Shown here piece by piece: positions 62,375-64,000 of a DNA stretch of 64,000 nt (positions are counted from its first letter, which is position 1; the number at the start of each line of letters is the position of its first letter). Source of the DNA: Isurus oxyrinchus (lineage: Eukaryota); assembly GCA_026770705.1 (NCBI GenBank), contig JANJGN010000189.1, positions 558,001-622,000 on the forward strand. The letters run 5' to 3'. The translations under genes and the position numbers were made by a program. The notes under the pieces are model-generated. The model did not search any database, had not been told where the DNA came from, and saw only the letters and a list, made by a program, of their open reading frames with translations.

Positions 62375-63610
62375 AACATTGTTGTGCTCCCTCAGTACTA
62401 ACCCTTTGACACTGCAGCACTCCCTTAGTATTAACCCTTCGATAGTGCTGCGCTCCCTCAGTACTGTCCCTCCGTCAGTGCAGCTCTATTTCAGTACTAA
62501 CCCTTCGACACAGCAGCACTCCCTCAGTACTAACCCTTCGATAGTGCTGCACTCCCACAGTATTGTCCCTCCGTCAGTGCAGCGCTCCCTCAGTACTGAC
62601 CCTCCGACACAGCAGCACTCCCTCAGTACTGACCTCCGACAGTATAGCACTCACTCAGTACTGTCCCTCCAATAGTGCAACACTTCCACACTACTGACCC
62701 TCTGACAGTGCAGCACTCCCTCAGCACGGAGTGTTGACCGACGTTATGGGACTGAATTCCCTGGAGTGAGACTCAGACCAGAGATTTAGGTAGGGTTGTT
62801 CCGGCTGGAGGAGGTTACAGAGATAGGGAGGGTTGTAGAGGCTGTAGGAGGTAACAGAGATATGGAGGGTTCTAGAGGCTGTAGGAGGTGACAGAGATAG
62901 GGAAGGTTGTAGGGGCTGTAGGAGGTTACAGAGATAGGGAGGTGAGTAGGGGCTGTAGGAGGTTAAAGAGATGGGGGGGGTTGTGGGGGCTGGAGGAGGT
63001 TACAGAGGTAAGGAGGGTTGTAGAGGCTGGAGGAGGTTACCAAAATAGATACTGCTGTAGGGGCCACAGTAGGTTACAGAGATAGGGAGAGTTATAGTGT
63101 GGAGAGGACGTTATAGAGTTCATGAGCATTGTAGGGGCTGGAGGAGGTTACAGTGATTCTGAGGGTCGTGGGGCCTGGAGGAGGTTACAGAGATAGGGAG
63201 GGTTGTAGGGTCTGGAGGAGGTTACAGAGATAGGGAGGGTTGTAGGGTCTAGAGGAGGTTACAGTGATCATGAGGGTTGTGGGGCCTGGGGGAGGTTACA
63301 GAGATAGGGAGGTTTATAGGGGCTGGAGGAGGTTACAGAGATAGGGAGGGTTGTAGGGGCTGGAGGAGGTTACGGAGATAGGGAGTGTTGTAGGGGCTGG
63401 AGGAGGTAACAGAGATAGGGGCAGTTGTAGGGGCTGGAGGAGGTTACAGAGATAGGGAGGGGTGTAGGGGCTGGAGGAGGTTACAGATATAGGGAGGGTT
63501 GTAGCGGCTGGAGGAGGTTACAGAGATAGGGAGGGTTGTAGGGGCTGGAGGAGTTTACAGAGATAGGGAGGGTTGTAGGGGCTGGAGGAGGTTACAGAGA
63601 TAGGGAGTCG
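62375..63610. repeat. 33-bp and 37-bp minisatellite arrays in HAMP intron 1
   Basis: Mirror of 7355-8880 with different copy numbers. Confidence 0.9.
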
Positions 63611-63808
63611 CTGAGGAGGGATTGAAAACAAGAATGAGAATTTCAGGGGAAATGACAGAAGGAAATGATGTTAAATTCATAGAGGGCAACAATATTAAAG
63701 GCACGAACATAATAATATCAAACTGCGGAAGTGACCAGTCTATCTGGGTGGTAGATGTAGAGTCATGTGCAAGAAACACCTCACCCAGAGGGACATCTCT
63801 TAGCTTAC

Positions 63809-63886
63809 CCTCGACAAGGAGAAGAAGTGACTCAGCTGCAGGGAGAGCAGCAAAGTCAGAGTGAACAAGACAAGTCGCCATTTCAT
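63809..63886 (-). CDS. HAMP: Hepcidin exon 1 (signal peptide MKWRLVLFTLTLLLSLQLSHFFSLSR)
   Basis: ATG at 63886, hydrophobic leader, phase-0 donor GTAAGC; completes an 83-aa prepropeptide. Confidence 0.9.
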
Positions 63887-63972
63887 CTGGGAGCTTCCCA
63901 TCTCTGCCTGTCTCTTCTGATCTTCTGGCTCTGCTTTGATGCTTTGGTTTGTAACTAGAGGAGCTTCCTGCT

Positions 63973-63978
63973 CTTATA
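63973..63978 (-). promoter_or_regulatory. TATA box of hepcidin
   Basis: TATAAG 92 bp upstream of the ATG, same as 6977-6982. Confidence 0.65.
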
Positions 63979-64000
63979 CCTGAAACACTTGAAGGGGACA

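Larger units (their letters stand above)
59990..64000. repeat. Inverted segmental duplication, right copy
   Basis: Reverse complement of 6955-11075. Confidence 0.95.

Overview
Vertebrate genomic DNA, very probably a cartilaginous fish (inferred from CR1/L2 LINEs, Deu/V-type SINEs, their minisatellites and Penelope-type palindromes). No prokaryotic features. The window is an immune locus: a tandem cluster of Siglec/MAG/CD22-like genes on the + strand, plus two inverted copies of a hepcidin (HAMP) gene, echoing human HAMP-MAG-CD22 linkage. The supplied ORF track misses most real exons; I reconstructed them from splice sites and intron phases. (1) An intact three-exon hepcidin on the minus strand (63886-63809, 61969-61913, 59512-59396; 83 aa) with an unusual 29-aa, 8-Cys mature peptide. 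(2) A recent inverted partial duplicate (promoter, exons 1 and 2) lacking the mature-peptide exon and followed in phase by a Siglec ITIM/ITSM terminal exon: a candidate 127-aa hepcidin-Siglec chimera, the most novel observation. (3) Siglec-like gene B (V+3 C2+TM+Tyr-motif tail; essential Arg present). (4) Siglec-like gene C, with a near-identical ectodomain but an Arg-containing TM and a short Tyr-free tail (activating, paired-receptor type); it has two tandem V exons and several lesions. (5) Gene A, a Siglec remnant truncated by a Gypsy gag-protease fragment. The rest is LINE/LTR/SINE debris, TE-seeded minisatellites and two N gaps.
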